The notes beneath the pieces were generated by a model, which was not told the DNA's origin, searched no databases, and saw only the letters and a list, made by a program, of their open reading frames with translations. This document shows positions 24,086-36,276 of a stretch of DNA of 64,000 nt, piece after piece (position 1 is the first letter of the stretch; each line of letters begins with the position of its first letter). Where the stretch lies: NCBI RefSeq assembly GCF_004010195.1, contig NC_057720.1, positions 11,212,999 through 11,276,998 of the forward strand, in the 5' to 3' direction. A program made the position numbers and the translations under genes. The stretch comes from Chiloscyllium plagiosum. Its lineage: Eukaryota.

Positions 24086-24414
24086 TCATAAAATCCCTAC
24101 AGTGCAGAAAGTGGCCATTCAGCCCATCAAGTCTCCACCAACCTTCCATCAACATCCCACTCACAGACCCCTTCCCTATCCCTGCCACATGAGATGGCTA
24201 ATCCACCTAGCCTACATATCCCTGCACACAATTTAGCATGGCCTAACCTGCACATCTTTGGACTGCGGGAAGAAACCAGAGCACCCAAAGGAAATTCATA
24301 CAGGCTTAGGGAGAATGTGCACACTCCACGCAGACAGTCACCCAAGTCTGGAATCAAATTTGGGCCCCTGGTGCTGCGAGGCAGCAGTGCTAACCACTGA
24401 GCCACAGTGCCACC
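24086..24414 (-). mobile_element. HE1-type V-SINE
   Basis: Reverse-complement head, V-domain and tail. Confidence 0.9.
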
Positions 24415-25201
24415 CAAAATGCTTTCCTTTTCCAAGTATGTATCCATTTGCTTTTTGGGAGTTACTGGGTATAATTCAGGTAATTGCAATGTCGATGACT
24501 GATGATGCCATCAACCTGTGACACTACCTACCTGACCTCCACCTGACCTTTGCCATGACCGCACATTGATTCCCTGATCTCAGGTATAAACAGTTGGAAA
24601 GGCAGCCCTTTGGAGCTAGGAAGCAGAATATTTTTTCAATTTCAAATGCATTATTCCCACGGGAAGGAGGTAGTGGTTAAAGCAGGTGCCAACCTTTCAG
24701 GAAGGTGGAGAGGTAATCTTGAAGGGGTTTTTTTTAAAATCAATCCTCTTTCGGTGACTTGCATTAGTACGAATGCCAATCTCTGATGCTCCCTGGGGAC
24801 TGGCTAGACTTTCCACTGAATACGAGCATTTATTGTAGACCTCACGTCTGCAATGAGTTCAGAGAGACAGCAGCCATTTACGGGAAAAGAAAACACAGAG
24901 GTCAGGAACCCAATTAAAATGCCATTATAAAGGATTAGTCATAGTTTTTTGGCTTTCCCCCAGGAGTTTGTTATCCTGTGTCTGATTGATGGCTCACAGT
25001 TGCTTCTCATTTGCCCACAAGGGGCCTTCATCTCTGAAAAGTTCTTTCCGTTAAATAAAACTTACTGTGCATTCTAAATTGAACACTAGAAATCGCCTGG
25101 TACCATTATGTTCCAGAGCTCCACAATCTAAATCCTTCTTGATCTCCGCTTGCTGATCAATTTCAGTTTTCCAGGCAGTTTTCAGTTCATGACTCACATA
25201 A

Positions 25202-25500
25202 TTCTCAAAAAGGGTCATTAGAGTCGAAACATTGACTCTGTTTCTCTCTTCACAGATGCTGCCAGACCTGCTGAGTTTCTCCTGCAATTTCTGTTTGTCA
25301 GATCTCCAGCAACATCAGTTCATGGCTTTTCTGCCCCTCCATCTCCACAGAACCATATGATCAAACCATACTACATTATTCAGTGAATTGATGAACAACT
25401 GTTTGTACTGCTCCTTGGATGCTGCCTGAACTGCTGTGCTCTTCCAGCACCACTAATCCAGAATCTGGTTTCCAGCTTTTGAAGTCATTGTTTTTACCTA
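25202..25500 (+). mobile_element. Two short PLE 3' fragments (25202-25330, 25408-25500)
   Basis: agatgctgccagacctgctgag and ggatgctgcctgaactgctg motifs; decayed hammerhead at 25203-25235. Confidence 0.7.
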
Positions 25501-25529
25501 ACAGTTTGTACTTATCTAGTGAGCCAAGT

Positions 25530-25815
25530 TATCAGCACAGGTGACCAAAGGCTGGGTTCAGAAGTTAGATTTTCAGGAGCATCTTAAAGGACGGGAATGC
25601 AGGGAGGTTTTAGGAGACTATTCCAGAGTTAGGGGCTTCAAGGACGGGAAAATTGGTCAGAATTGGAGACCGTACAGAGCTTTCATCAGGCTGATGGAAG
25701 TTCCAAAGATAAGGAGGGGTAAGGATAATGGAGGGATTTGAAAACTGAAAATTTTCACCTTTGAGATGTTGACAAATTGAGAATCAACATAATGCAGTGA
25801 ACAGAGGGAGGCTGG
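25530..25815 (-). mobile_element. L2-like LINE 3' fragment
   Basis: ggtgaccaaaggctggg...aggagcatcttaaagga is the reverse complement of the L2-type tail seen at 13600 and 46400. Confidence 0.55.
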
Positions 25816-26240
25816 AATTGGTAGGCAAAAAGGGATCTAAAAATGCACCATAAGCCCCCACCTTACTCAACAAGACACCACAGCCTCTGAACCGGCCCTG
25901 TCCCCCTGCTCAGAGACCCCCAAACCCAGCCATTACATCCCCCACTCTCCAACACAAACAATGCTACCTTCCTTCACCCACTTGACTGAACCCCTAAATG
26001 ACATCCCCCACTCACCCACCCCCAACGCAAATCAGCACTCTACCCACTCCTATGAATGTTACCAGAGCCGATACCCCCTACCTAACTCCCAATCTATTCA
26101 AGGCATTCAGTCACTTACTTGGCACCTTGATATCCTACACACCAGCACTCTATCTACCTGGACACCTACCTATCTGGCAGCCTAAACTCCCTCACCGACC
26201 TGGCTCCCCCAAAACCACGTGCTACCCTTTCGCATGAGCC

Positions 26241-26375
26241 AGGAGAAAGTGAGCACTGCAGATGCTGGAGAGTCAGAGTCAAAAGTTGTGGCGCTGGGAA
26301 AACACAGCAGGTTAGGCAACATCAAAAAGGCAGGTGAGTTAATGTTTCGGGCATAAGCTCTTCATCAGGAATGTG
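26241..26375 (-). mobile_element. PLE family A-like 3' fragment
   Basis: aggagaaagtgagcactgcagatgctggag...tttcgggcataagctcttcatcaggaat. Confidence 0.8.
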
Positions 26376-27237
26376 GAGGGTGAATGAGCCGTCAAAGTGT
26401 CTGTCTATACTAAATGGCAAAACAGGTCACCAAGATGACATTGTTAGCATGAAGACCTTCTGTGCTGCCAGATTCATGAATTCCAGGACAGGTTTGTAAG
26501 AGGAGGCCCCTGTCCAGCAATCAATGACACTTAGAGACATTTAGAGATAATTGAGAATGCACACCTGACTGGTTTATTTGGGGCCATGGTTATGGAGACC
26601 ATGAGGATACCTCAATGTTAGCTTTTGTGCTTCGTGATTCAAAACTGTTCTCCCATCCAGGTCCATATAACATCATCATATAGAGCGATTCCTCCTCAGC
26701 ATTGACCCTTTCAAACCCTTACACCCTCCCCACAATGGGTGCCATTCTCCGTGGGAAAACCTGGACAGGGCTCCCTTTCCTCAAATCAAACATGTGTCAG
26801 AAGAATGCCCCCAGGAATGTGGCTGAAATAAGCTTTAAAATCCATATCTCCACACATCAGTACACATTCTGAGATGGCAATGTCATGTCAAGCCAATAGC
26901 AGTTGCTGCATTATTATTTCTTAAACCATCCATGAAAAGGGATAAAGGCATGGTTGGTGTGTAATAATTCAGGCAAGTGACTGCAGAGAGATAATCTGAT
27001 ATGGATAAGGTTGGGCTATGAATGTATAGAGTAAAAAATATGAAGTCCATGGTCTCTGATTAGTGAGTAAATAGTTCCTGTTTGATAGCTAAACATGGGT
27101 AGAATGCATTGGCATAAAGCCATTACATTTGGAGGAGATAATGAAATATATAAAAGTACAGACACTCGATAACTATCTGCACAATGTAGCCTCATGGCCC
27201 AACATGTCCCTCACTTTACTAGTGCTGTCAAATCAGA

Positions 27238-27553
27238 TCATAAAATCGCTACAGCTTGGAAAGAGGCCATTCGGCCCAACAAATCCACACCAACCCTCTG
27301 AAGAATATCCCACCAAACCCATTCCCCTACCCTATTACTCTACATTTACCCCTAACAAAAACATCCCTGAATGTTATGGGCAATTTCGCATGGCCAATTC
27401 ATCTAACCTGCACATCTTTAGATTGTGGAAGGAAACCAGAACACCAGAGGAAACCCACGCAATGTGCACACTCCACACAGACAGTTGCCCGAGACTGGGA
27501 ATTAACCGGGTCCCTGGCGCTGTGAGGCAGCAGTGCTAACCACTGAGCCCCAT
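27238..27553 (-). mobile_element. HE1-type V-SINE
   Basis: Reverse-complement head, V-domain and tail. Confidence 0.9.
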
Positions 27554-28317
27554 GCTACTCTGAGGAGAAAGTGAGGTCTGGAGGAAGTTTGGAGGCTACT
27601 CCAAATGAAAGGAGTAGCCATGGGCACCCGCATGGGCCCCAGCTATGTCTGCCTCTTCGTAGGATATGTGGAACAGTCCATCTTCCACAACTACACTGGC
27701 CCCACCCCCCACCTTTTCCTCCACTACATCGATGACTGTATGGGCACCGCCTCGTGCTCCCACGAGGAGGTTGAACAGTTCATCCACTTCACCAACACCT
27801 TCCACCCCAACCTCAAATTCACCTGGACAGTCTCAGATTCCTCCGTCCCCTTCCTCGACCTTTCTATTTCTATCTCAGGTGACCAAATCAACACGGACAT
27901 CTGCTACAAACCGACCGACTCCCACAGCTACCTGGACTACACCTCCTCCCACCCTGCCCCTGTAAAAACGCCATACCATTCTCCCAATTCCTTTGTCTCC
28001 GCCGCATCTGCTCCCAGGAGGACCAGTTCCAAAAACGTACAACCCGATGGCCTCCTTCTTCAAGGACCGCAATTTCCCCCCCGACGTGGTCGACGATGCC
28101 CTCCACCGCATCTCTTCCACTTCCCGATCCTCCGCACTTGAACCCCGCCCCTCCAACCGCCACCAGGACAGAACCCCACTGGTCCTCACCTACCACCCCA
28201 CTAACCTCCATGTACAGCGCATCATCCGCCGCCATTTCCGCCACCACCAAACGGACCCCACCACCAAGGATATATTTCCCTCCCCTCCCCTAACAGCATT
28301 CCGTAAAGACCACTCCC

Positions 28318-28577
28318 NNNNNNNNNNNNNNNNNNNNNNNNNNNNNNNNNNNNNNNNNNNNNNNNNNNNNNNNNNNNNNNNNNNNNNNNNNNNNNNNNNN
28401 NNNNNNNNNNNNNNNNNNNNNNNNNNNNNNNNNNNNNNNNNNNNNNNNNNNNNNNNNNNNNNNNNNNNNNNNNNNNNNNNNNNNNNNNNNNNNNNNNNNN
28501 NNNNNNNNNNNNNNNNNNNNNNNNNNNNNNNNNNNNNNNNNNNNNNNNNNNNNNNNNNNNNNNNNNNNNNNNNNNNN
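28318..28577. other. Assembly gap (N run)
   Basis: N bases. Confidence 1.
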
Positions 28578-28872
28578 ACGACGGTTGGAGGAAGAGCGCC
28601 TTATCTTCCACCTAGGAACCGTCCAACCACAAGGGATGAACTCGGATTTCACCAGTTTCCTCATTCTCCCTCCCCCCACCTTGTCTCAGTCAAATCCATC
28701 GAACTCAGCACTGCCTTCCTAACCTGCAATCTTCTTCCTGACCTCTCTGCCCCCACCCCAGTCTGACCTATCACCCTCACCTTGACCTCTTTCCACCTAT
28801 CACATTTCCGACGCCCCTCCCCAAGTCCCTCCTCCCTACCTTTTATCTTAGCCTGCTGGACAAACTTTCCTC

Positions 28873-28908
28873 ATTCCTGAAGAAGGGCTTATGCCCGAAA
28901 CGTCGATT
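28873..28908 (+). ncRNA. Minimal type I hammerhead ribozyme motif in PLE terminal repeat
   Basis: AUUC-CUGAAGA-A-GGGC(UUAU)GCCC-GAAAC-GUC-GAUU; predicted cleavage after 28904. Confidence 0.8.
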
Positions 28909-29760
28909 CTCCTGTTCCCTGGATGCTGCCTGACCTGCTGCGCTTTTCCAGCAACACATTTTCACCCCATGCTACTCTGACTGGTGACTGACCCTGGTTC
29001 AATGTGGACTGTAGGAGGGAACATTAGGAGCTCCAGTCAGCGAATCTAAAAATTCACCATCTGATTGGTGAATGGAGGTGCATAATTAAATGATTAATGA
29101 GAAGGCGACGAGTTTCAATGCTCTGTTTAGGTTCCACCAATTTCAAACTTCATTGTGCCATCACTTAGAGACAAAAGAGCTGAATTCCAGAGGTGAAGTG
29201 ACATTTGATTTGCATCTAGCATCCAGGAGTCCAGGTAAAGTTGGGAATCAGAGAGAATGTTCTCTAAGGGATGAAGACACAGTTAGCACAGTGGAATATG
29301 GCTGTGGTCATTGAAAGGCCAACCACTTCAGCCCGAGAGGAGTTCCTCAGGGTAGTGTCAAAGGCCCAACTTTCTTCAGCTGCTTCATCAATGTCTTTAC
29401 CTCCACCATATGACTAGAGTAGGAATAATTCACTGGTGATTGTATGATGTGAAAAGTTACATTGATGTCTTCTGATAACAATGAAGCACCATTTGCAACT
29501 CCTCGGATAGTGAGGTATTTCATGTCTATGTGCAGGAAGACCTGCAAACATTCACCCTTGTCCTAGTAAATGTTAAGTAACATTTATGCTCAGGCAGTTC
29601 TAGACAATGACCAACAATATGGAGTCCAGTCACCTTCCCTTAACATACGTAGCAGTATGTTCACTAAATCCTGCACTATCAACATCCTGGGCATCACCAT
29701 TGATTAGAACTTGAACTGGACCAGACATAAATACAAGAGCAGGTCAGTGACTCGGACTTT

Positions 29761-29993
29761 CATAAAATCGTAGAATCCCCACAGTGTGAAAGCAGGCCAT
29801 TCAGCCTGTCAAGTCCACACCAATCCTCCAATCAGCAACCCTCCCAGATCCACCCACCTACTCTTTCCCTGTAACTCTGCATGTCTCATGGCAAATCCAC
29901 CTGACCAGCACACCTTTGGACTGTGGGTGGAAACCAGAGCACCCAGAGGAAACCCACACAGGCACAGGGAGAATGTGCATACTCCACACAGAT
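29761..29993 (-). mobile_element. HE1-type V-SINE, 5'-truncated
   Basis: V-domain and tail in reverse complement. Confidence 0.88.
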
Positions 29994-30407
29994 AAATCCA
30001 TACACAATTTAGACTTCCTCACTCCCCAAAGCCTTGTCCTCATTTACAAAGGAATACTGACACTTGCTGGTTAAGTAAAACTCCAATAGCACTTTCAGAA
30101 ATTGACATAATCCACAATAAATGATTGGCACTCAGTCCATCAGCTTAAACATTCACTCCATCCACCATCAGCACATTGTGTACCATCCCTTAAGATGACA
30201 CTGTAGCAACCTATAGCTAGGATTTCACAACAGCACTTTCCAAAACCATCACCTCTACCACCTAGAAGAACAAGGATAGCAGAGACATGGGCAAAGCAGC
30301 TGCTCTGAGCTCCCTTGAAAGCTACATACCACCCTGACTTGTAACTATATTCCTTCATATCACCATTCCTTCACTGCCACTGGGTCATAAATCCCGGAAT
30401 TCCCCTT

Positions 30408-31148
30408 TGTTATGACACGTGGTAAACCCCTCTGCTAATTTAAACCAGCCACACAGAAAACGTTCACCTCACACCGTAATCTGTTAAAATTCAAGAGGCA
30501 AAGAATAATCCGAGAGATGACTATTTAACGTATAAATTAACAATTTTATTCTTTAAGTCCAACAGAGAATATTAAAACCAAAAACTATTTACAACTTTTT
30601 TCTCTTAAACCTGTCTTTTATCTCCCACTCTACAATTCTAGTCTGATAAAAAAAATCCTGATTAAGATTTTTTAAAACATATCACGTTTCAAAAACCAGT
30701 TAGCTTTGTCGATTCTCCTTTGTAGATTTTCATCTGTAGATTTTTCTCTAGGTCAGCCTCGATGTTCTGCTGCACAAACATCTTATAGGCAGGTACCTTT
30801 CAAAGAGCTCTTCAACTAGCAGTCTATATTTGTGGATGTCCTTCCCTGTTCTTCTTCTAACCATTCAAAATGTCTGGTTTCATACCCCAAAACATTGGAT
30901 CGTTTCATTGGTTTTAATACTATCAAAATACTCAATTCAAATTTGATTGGATTTTGGTATCTTGGGGCATAATTTAAACTAATTGGCCGAATTTGAATTT
31001 GTTTTTTTGTTTTATGGCAACTCAGCTGCAGCTATTTGTTTCCCAAGTGTTGCATTCTTACTTTGTTCAGGACTCTCTGTGCTTTGTCAGTCCGTGCTAG
31101 TTTTTTAACTCTCTTAAAGGTACTGTACACCTCTACACCTTCATAACA
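30408..31148 (-). mobile_element. Solo LTR (741 bp)
   Basis: tgttatga...tcataaca perfect 8 bp terminal inverted repeat; imperfect 4 bp TSD cctt/cttt; interrupts a LINE; tttatt near 30545 suggests - orientation. Confidence 0.8.
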
Positions 31149-31684
31149 CTTTTCTAACAACACTATAGATAGACCTTCAGTAAATGGATTACAGCAGTTC
31201 AAGAAGACAACTCATTACCACATTCTCAAGGGCAGTTAGCGATAGGTCAGGGCTAATATTGCCCACATTTCATGAATGAATAAATTAAAAATATCAAAGC
31301 AATGTCAACAGTCTCCAATCTGTAAAAGGGCAATAGGGGTGTAGGTCAATGTCCTATAGTATACCACATAAGAACTTTGGCCCACATGACATTATCCTAT
31401 AGGCAAGAGGGTTGTATCACAGGCTGGTGATTAGGGGTGACTCTGGTCCATTTTTTGTCCTCGGGAAATGACAAATACGATCAGACAAACTGAGCATAGA
31501 ACACTTCTCGAACATGATACGATCCCAGGTCCATATGACTGGAGTCATTGATGAATCAACTCAGTAGGTGCTTGAGGGCAGCCATAGCACTGTATCCATG
31601 AAGGATGGTGTCAATCTCAGCTCTCACCTCACAAGGTCACAGGTTCAATTCCACTTCCAAAGGTTTGAGGACAATAAGCATTTC

Positions 31685-32065
31685 TTTCCCTTTGTTGGGA
31701 TGTGGGCATTGATGGCAAGGTCATCATGTTTTGCCCATCCCAAATTGCCTTTAAAATGAATAATTTGCTAGGGCAATTTGAGAGGCCAGTGAAGAGCCAA
31801 TCACATTGCTGCAAATCAGTAGTCAAATATAGGCCAGGCAATGACAGCAGATTTCATTCCCTTACAGGTTATTAGTGAACCAGAGGAGAATTTACAACAG
31901 TTAAAGGTAAGGGGTTTCAAGATCACCATTACTGAGACTGGGTTTCAATTCCAGGGTATTTTGTATTGAAATTGTATTCCACTGGCTGCTCTGGTAGACC
32001 CTGCCCCAATGTATGAGCCCAGGCCTCTGCATTACTAGACATTTAGTTCTCCATGACATCAGCAA
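31685..32065 (-). mobile_element. tRNA-headed SINE, longer variant
   Basis: Same body and tail as 44235-44868 plus extra segment (ccctagcaaattattcattt) matching the LINE 5' UTR. Confidence 0.7.
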
Positions 32066-32094
32066 CTCCTGTCAACTTAACGCACAAGTTCAGT

Positions 32095-32436
32095 CTTCAG
32101 TGACTGTTTCACTGTTGGACACGATGTCTTTCAGAGAAGAAATTAAATTGTTGCCTTCTCTGCCCTCTCAGGTAGATGTACAAAAGCCCATAGTAGCGTT
32201 TCAGAGAAGAACAGGGAAAATTTCCCAATGTGTTATCCATTATGTCTCCCTCAGCAATAGCACATTATTTGATGACATACTACATTGTTGTCTTTGTGAC
32301 TATGCTGTGCGTAAATTGGCAACTACATTTCCTACAAGACAACATTGTTAATCCTTAAAAAGCACTCTTGGCTGTGAATCATTCTGGGATGGTGCACCAT
32401 CATGGAAAGTGCTATATAAATACACATTCATTCTTT
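32095..32436 (+). mobile_element. SacSINE1-like DeuSINE
   Basis: tgccctctcaggtagatgtacaaaagcccat...gctgtgcgtaaattggc...aaagtgctatataaatac. Confidence 0.75.
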
Positions 32437-33429
32437 GAAAAAAAACCCACTACTTCATAAACATCTTAAAAATCAATGTAAAAAGAAAGTTATTGAACCA
32501 TGTTCTATTGGTTTTGTGAAGCTTGGAGTACATTAAAATGATGGACAGAAAAATACTCCAGCACGCGTGGGTCTCTGTTTTTGTTTAGATCTTCATTGCA
32601 ACTGACAATTGATAATTTCATTTTGAGAGAACCCTGTCCATTGCCTGTCCTATTACACCACTAGTCAATAAAGCAAAACATTTTAATCATGACTTGACAC
32701 ATAGAATATGTTGTGTCCTTTTCTGTCCCTGTCCCTGAAAAATAAAATGGAAGCTCTCAGCATGATGAATGAGGAAGTGACAATATTGCAGACGATGTGG
32801 GACTGGAGAGTGAACACTCCATGCTCTTTGAGCCCCAACTCCCTCTGCTTCTGCCATGGTATATATCGGCGCACTCATCAATTATGCTTGACAGGCATAC
32901 TCATGAAAAAGAAAGCAGCACAAGTCCCTGAAAAGGCGTTAAATAATTATGGCAGTTTATAAATCAAATGAAGGTCCAAAGGCGCTGAAATATGCTCTAG
33001 ATTTCCAATGAACAGGTCACATTAATGAGACGTTAATTAGATATAAGATCATCACATTGTAAAATAAATGACAAAAGAACGCAGGCAGCGAATGAGCTTG
33101 GAATGATCCCAACTAGTTGGTCTCAAGCCAGTCCTCTGTATTTGGCAACACAATTCCATGGGAATTATATAGATCCACAGCAGAGGAACAAGCCTCTCAG
33201 TCTAACTGTACATTGCTGGTGTTGATCTACCTCTTCCATTTTAATTTATCTTTAAATAAAGTAACAGATTGTGCCATTGATACATGTTGAGGACTGTATC
33301 TGTAATTTAGGGGAAAATATTATCATGCTGGGAAAGAAAAAATATCGAGGCAAAGCCTCAAACCAGGAATCAATTTAGACCTAAACAAGTAAATATCTAC
33401 TTAAAGGGCAGTGTGTGAGAGAGAGAATA

Positions 33430-33647
33430 TGTGATAATGGGTTTTCCTGTTCTGTTAACACTAAAAAGGAAAATTACGGTTTTGTCACTTAAAGACTAAG
33501 TTGTCAACAAAACTAGTGTTGAGTTGATAGTTTTGACTTTTGTCCCAGTAAAAGTTTTAAACTATACAATTTGTGCTCTCCATCAAATTATTAACTAGAC
33601 GTTTGAATATCTTTTAAGAAGTTACCAGTCTCTCTGGAGATCATAAT
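33430..33647 (+). mobile_element. Possible LTR remnant
   Basis: Ends ttaccagtctctctggagatcataa, resembling the cataaca ends of the other solo LTRs. Confidence 0.35.
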
Positions 33648-33679
33648 GGTATTAAAATAAAGAATGCAAACCAAAGAGA

Positions 33680-34917
33680 CTTTGGATATCCGGCCATTCC
33701 TTAGTTACAGAATGTACTTTAAGGGAGCCTTGAGCTACTGAATCCTCAGGATTCATACCTGAATGCTTTCTCATTGAGTCCCGCAGCCTCTGTAAAAATG
33801 CTGAGGGAGTCTCATCTTTCTCCTGTCGGACCTCAAACGCCTTTGTTAAATTCTGGGATTTAGGGACTGCCTCTCTGATTCCTTTTATTATTAAGTCTTT
33901 GAGGTCCTTCATCTGGGTTTGGTCATCTGCCTCGTTGTTCCCCCAGCCTGGGTCTGTTTTGGGAAACTTCTGTTCAGCCGACATAACTCCCTCCCCAGGG
34001 GGGTGTTCGCGTTCCCACAACCTCATAGCTGCTCTTCTGATCATCCCTCTCTCTTCCCCAGTGAAGAGAATATTTAAAATAGACATCAACTCCATCCAAG
34101 TTTGTAGGTTGGGACCTAGGAATTGATCTACTTGCTCAGATGGACCCACAGGATCTTCAATAAGAAGTTTCATCTCCTTCTTAAAGGTCCTGACTTCACC
34201 GTTTGCTAAAGGGGCATTTATGAAGCCAATTATTCCCGTCCTATGGGAACTTCCAGGAGGGTATACATTTGTCTCTGGATATCGTTCCTTGAATTTCGGG
34301 AATGGATATTCCTCAATATCCTTTTCTAATTGCTTTACTTCCTTCGACAGTCCTCCATTCGGGACTTTTGACCTCACAACCTTCACCCGTTCCTCACCTT
34401 CCCCTGCCTTGTTCACCACCAGCCACCACCCCTAACCCAGCGTCATTGGCTTGTAGATCGTGAGGTTCATTTTGTGGGGGGGGGGGTCGTATGGCTGGGG
34501 CAAATGGTCAAGGACGTTCCAAGGGGGATTGGGTGCCGAGGGCGATTTTTCCTCCTTTCCTGTCATAGTTTTAATACTTTATAAACGCACGTCTCGACTG
34601 CCCTGCCAGCAGGAGGCAGAGTCAGGCTCCTCTTTATAGAAAGATTGTTTTTCATTAACATATGACTTCAACAATTGACAGACCCAATCCTCATCCAACC
34701 CATATTTCGGCCAAAAGACTGATGGTGGACGAATACTCTCTTTGGTCCAAACAAAACAACAATATTTTATCATAGTTTTCTTATCCTTCTCCATTGTCCA
34801 AGAATTATTTTTCCAATTTTTCAACATCCGTCCCAAGGGACTTTGTGGAGGGATGTCATCTGGGAGTTCTTTACCCTTTATCCCGGGTGCCTCATTTTTG
34901 CTTCCTTTACCTCCCAT
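33680..34917 (-). pseudogene. gag: ERV gag (MA, late-domain region, CA), disrupted and truncated
   Basis: MGGKGSK myristoylation start; IPPQSPLGRML...WPKYG matrix; LDHLPQPY; CA with MHR-like RQEKDETPSAFLQRLRDSMRKHS. Confidence 0.9.
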
Positions 34918-34962
34918 AGTGGTCAATCCACCAGTCTCTTCATACTCCCAGCCACTATGGCA

Positions 34963-35073
34963 ATTCTAACTCAAACACCAATCGAACCTAGGAGACTCTA
35001 ACCCCAATCAAACCCAGGGGACTCTAACCCCAATCAAACCTCGGGGATTCTAACCCCAATCAAACCTGGGGGA
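34963..35073. repeat. ~26-27 bp tandem repeat (4 copies) in ERV leader
   Basis: Unit approx. ctctaaccccaatcaaacccagggga. Confidence 0.9.
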
Positions 35074-35255
35074 ACATCTCTCCCAAAAGATTTTCCAGAG
35101 GGATATTTTTCCGGGACTTCTCTATCTGTTTTCCCAGGTGTCTTATTTTACTTCCCCTGAGGTTCACTGCCTCCTGTGGTGTTCAACCTGTCAATCCCTC
35201 AGGTCGACAATATCACACCCTCCAGTCACCAAGGTAATACTTAAAAGTCTCTTTT

Positions 35256-35263
35256 CTTACCTT
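35256..35263 (-). promoter_or_regulatory. Probable ERV major splice donor
   Basis: AAG/GTAAG on - strand between PBS and gag ATG. Confidence 0.6.
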
Positions 35264-35471
35264 GGTCCGTGCACGGAGTTGCCTGACTGCAGCTGTGCCT
35301 GCTATCCCATGCCTGCCTTATTTTCCTGCCCTGGTTCAGAATGTCTCCCCTAGGATCTTTGTCAGTCGATCGGACGGGGCACTCACCGACGAAAGACACA
35401 GGACAGTTCTAAAAGGAACGAGATGCGTCTTCCCAGTTATCCAAGGTGACCACTCCACCGGTGATGACAGT

Positions 35472-35492
35472 ATCCCGGATGACGAGCCCCCA
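35472..35492 (-). promoter_or_regulatory. Primer binding site for tRNA-Pro (3 nt insertion)
   Basis: TGGGGGCTCGTC-ATC-CGGGAT versus MLV-type TGGGGGCTCGTCCGGGAT; 2 nt after LTR terminal CA. Confidence 0.88.
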
Positions 35493-35494
35493 GT

Positions 35495-35905
35495 TGTGAG
35501 AAACGAAGCTCACTGCCAAATAATTTTAGTCCGAGTCAAATTCCGACGCAGTCTTTATTCATACATTCTTACAAACCTGGGTGACCACAAAGTAGGCACA
35601 CTTCTGAATAATATTATTTCATATTTATACAGTTTTCTATGAGCCTCCCTGTACCTCCCCTTTTACCTCAGATGTGACAGTTGCTCTTTGCAGCTGCTAA
35701 TCGAAATCGGCTTACCACATCTGTTTGTGGCCTGTTGTTAGCGTGCAACCCTGCTTGATAACTGAGTCTTATCACTTCTGCACACTGAGTCTTTATGACT
35801 TCTGAGTACCTGACTTCTGCAGAAACAACACTTTGACACATTTTCCACACATTCGTCCTGATGAATGAGATGAAACATTTCTGGAACATGTCTTTCTTTG
35901 CAACA
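35495..35905 (-). mobile_element. ERV 5' LTR (~411 bp)
   Basis: TGT...ACA ends; TATAAA at 35624-35629 then AATAAA at 35554-35559 on - strand; short direct repeats in U3 (35762-35822). Confidence 0.82.
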
Positions 35906-35959
35906 ATGTTTACCCTTCCTCAAGTACCATGGCCAGCACATTCATAATCCAGAGAGCCA

Positions 35960-36276
35960 GGGTGGCACAGTGGCTCAGTGGTTAGCAATACTGCCCCACA
36001 GCACCAGGGGCCCAGGTTTGCTTCCAGTCTCGGGCAATTGTCCGTGTGGAGTTTGCACGTTCTCCCTGTGTCTGCGTGGGTTTCCTCTGGGTGCTCTGGT
36101 TTCCTCCCACAGCACAAAGCTGTGCAGGTCAGATAGATTGGCCAAGCTAAATTGCCCATTGCATTCAGGTTACATGCATTAGTCAGGGTAAATGCCAAGT
36201 AGTAGGGTAGGGGAATGGGTCTGGGTGAGTTACTCTTTGTTGGGCCATATGGCCTGTTTCCACACTGTAGGAATAT
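35960..36276 (+). mobile_element. HE1-type V-SINE
   Basis: Head, V-domain, tail. Confidence 0.9.

Larger units (their letters stand above)
27564..28964 (+). mobile_element. Penelope-like element, 5'-truncated (RT, GIY-YIG C-terminus, terminal repeat with hammerhead)
   Basis: QMKGVAMGTRMGPSY...YIDD...PFLDL...YKPTDSHSYLDYTSSHP; PLVLTYHP; EEERLIFHLGTVQPQGMN; 16 bp TSD ccccatgctactctga at 27548-27563 and 28965-28980. Confidence 0.95.
29305..31288 (+). mobile_element. Degraded second-lineage CR1-group LINE (RT to tail), split by HE1 and a solo LTR
   Basis: ggagttcctcagggtagtgtc (GVPQGSV) at 29339; tail ctcaagggcagttag...cccacatttcatgaatgaat at 31225-31282. Confidence 0.8.
33680..35905 (-). mobile_element. 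Class I (gamma/epsilon-like) endogenous retrovirus, 5' half only
   Basis: LTR, PBS-Pro, splice donor, leader and gag in correct order; no pol, env or 3' LTR. Confidence 0.9.

Noticed and set aside
25840..26240. C-rich stretch with short ORFs (similar G-rich stretch at 60180-60430)
   Set aside because: Low-complexity, probably decayed unclassified repeat; no coding signal
32683..32962. Overlapping 63-84 aa ORFs and two minus-strand acceptor-like sites
   Set aside because: No recognisable domain and no matching donor
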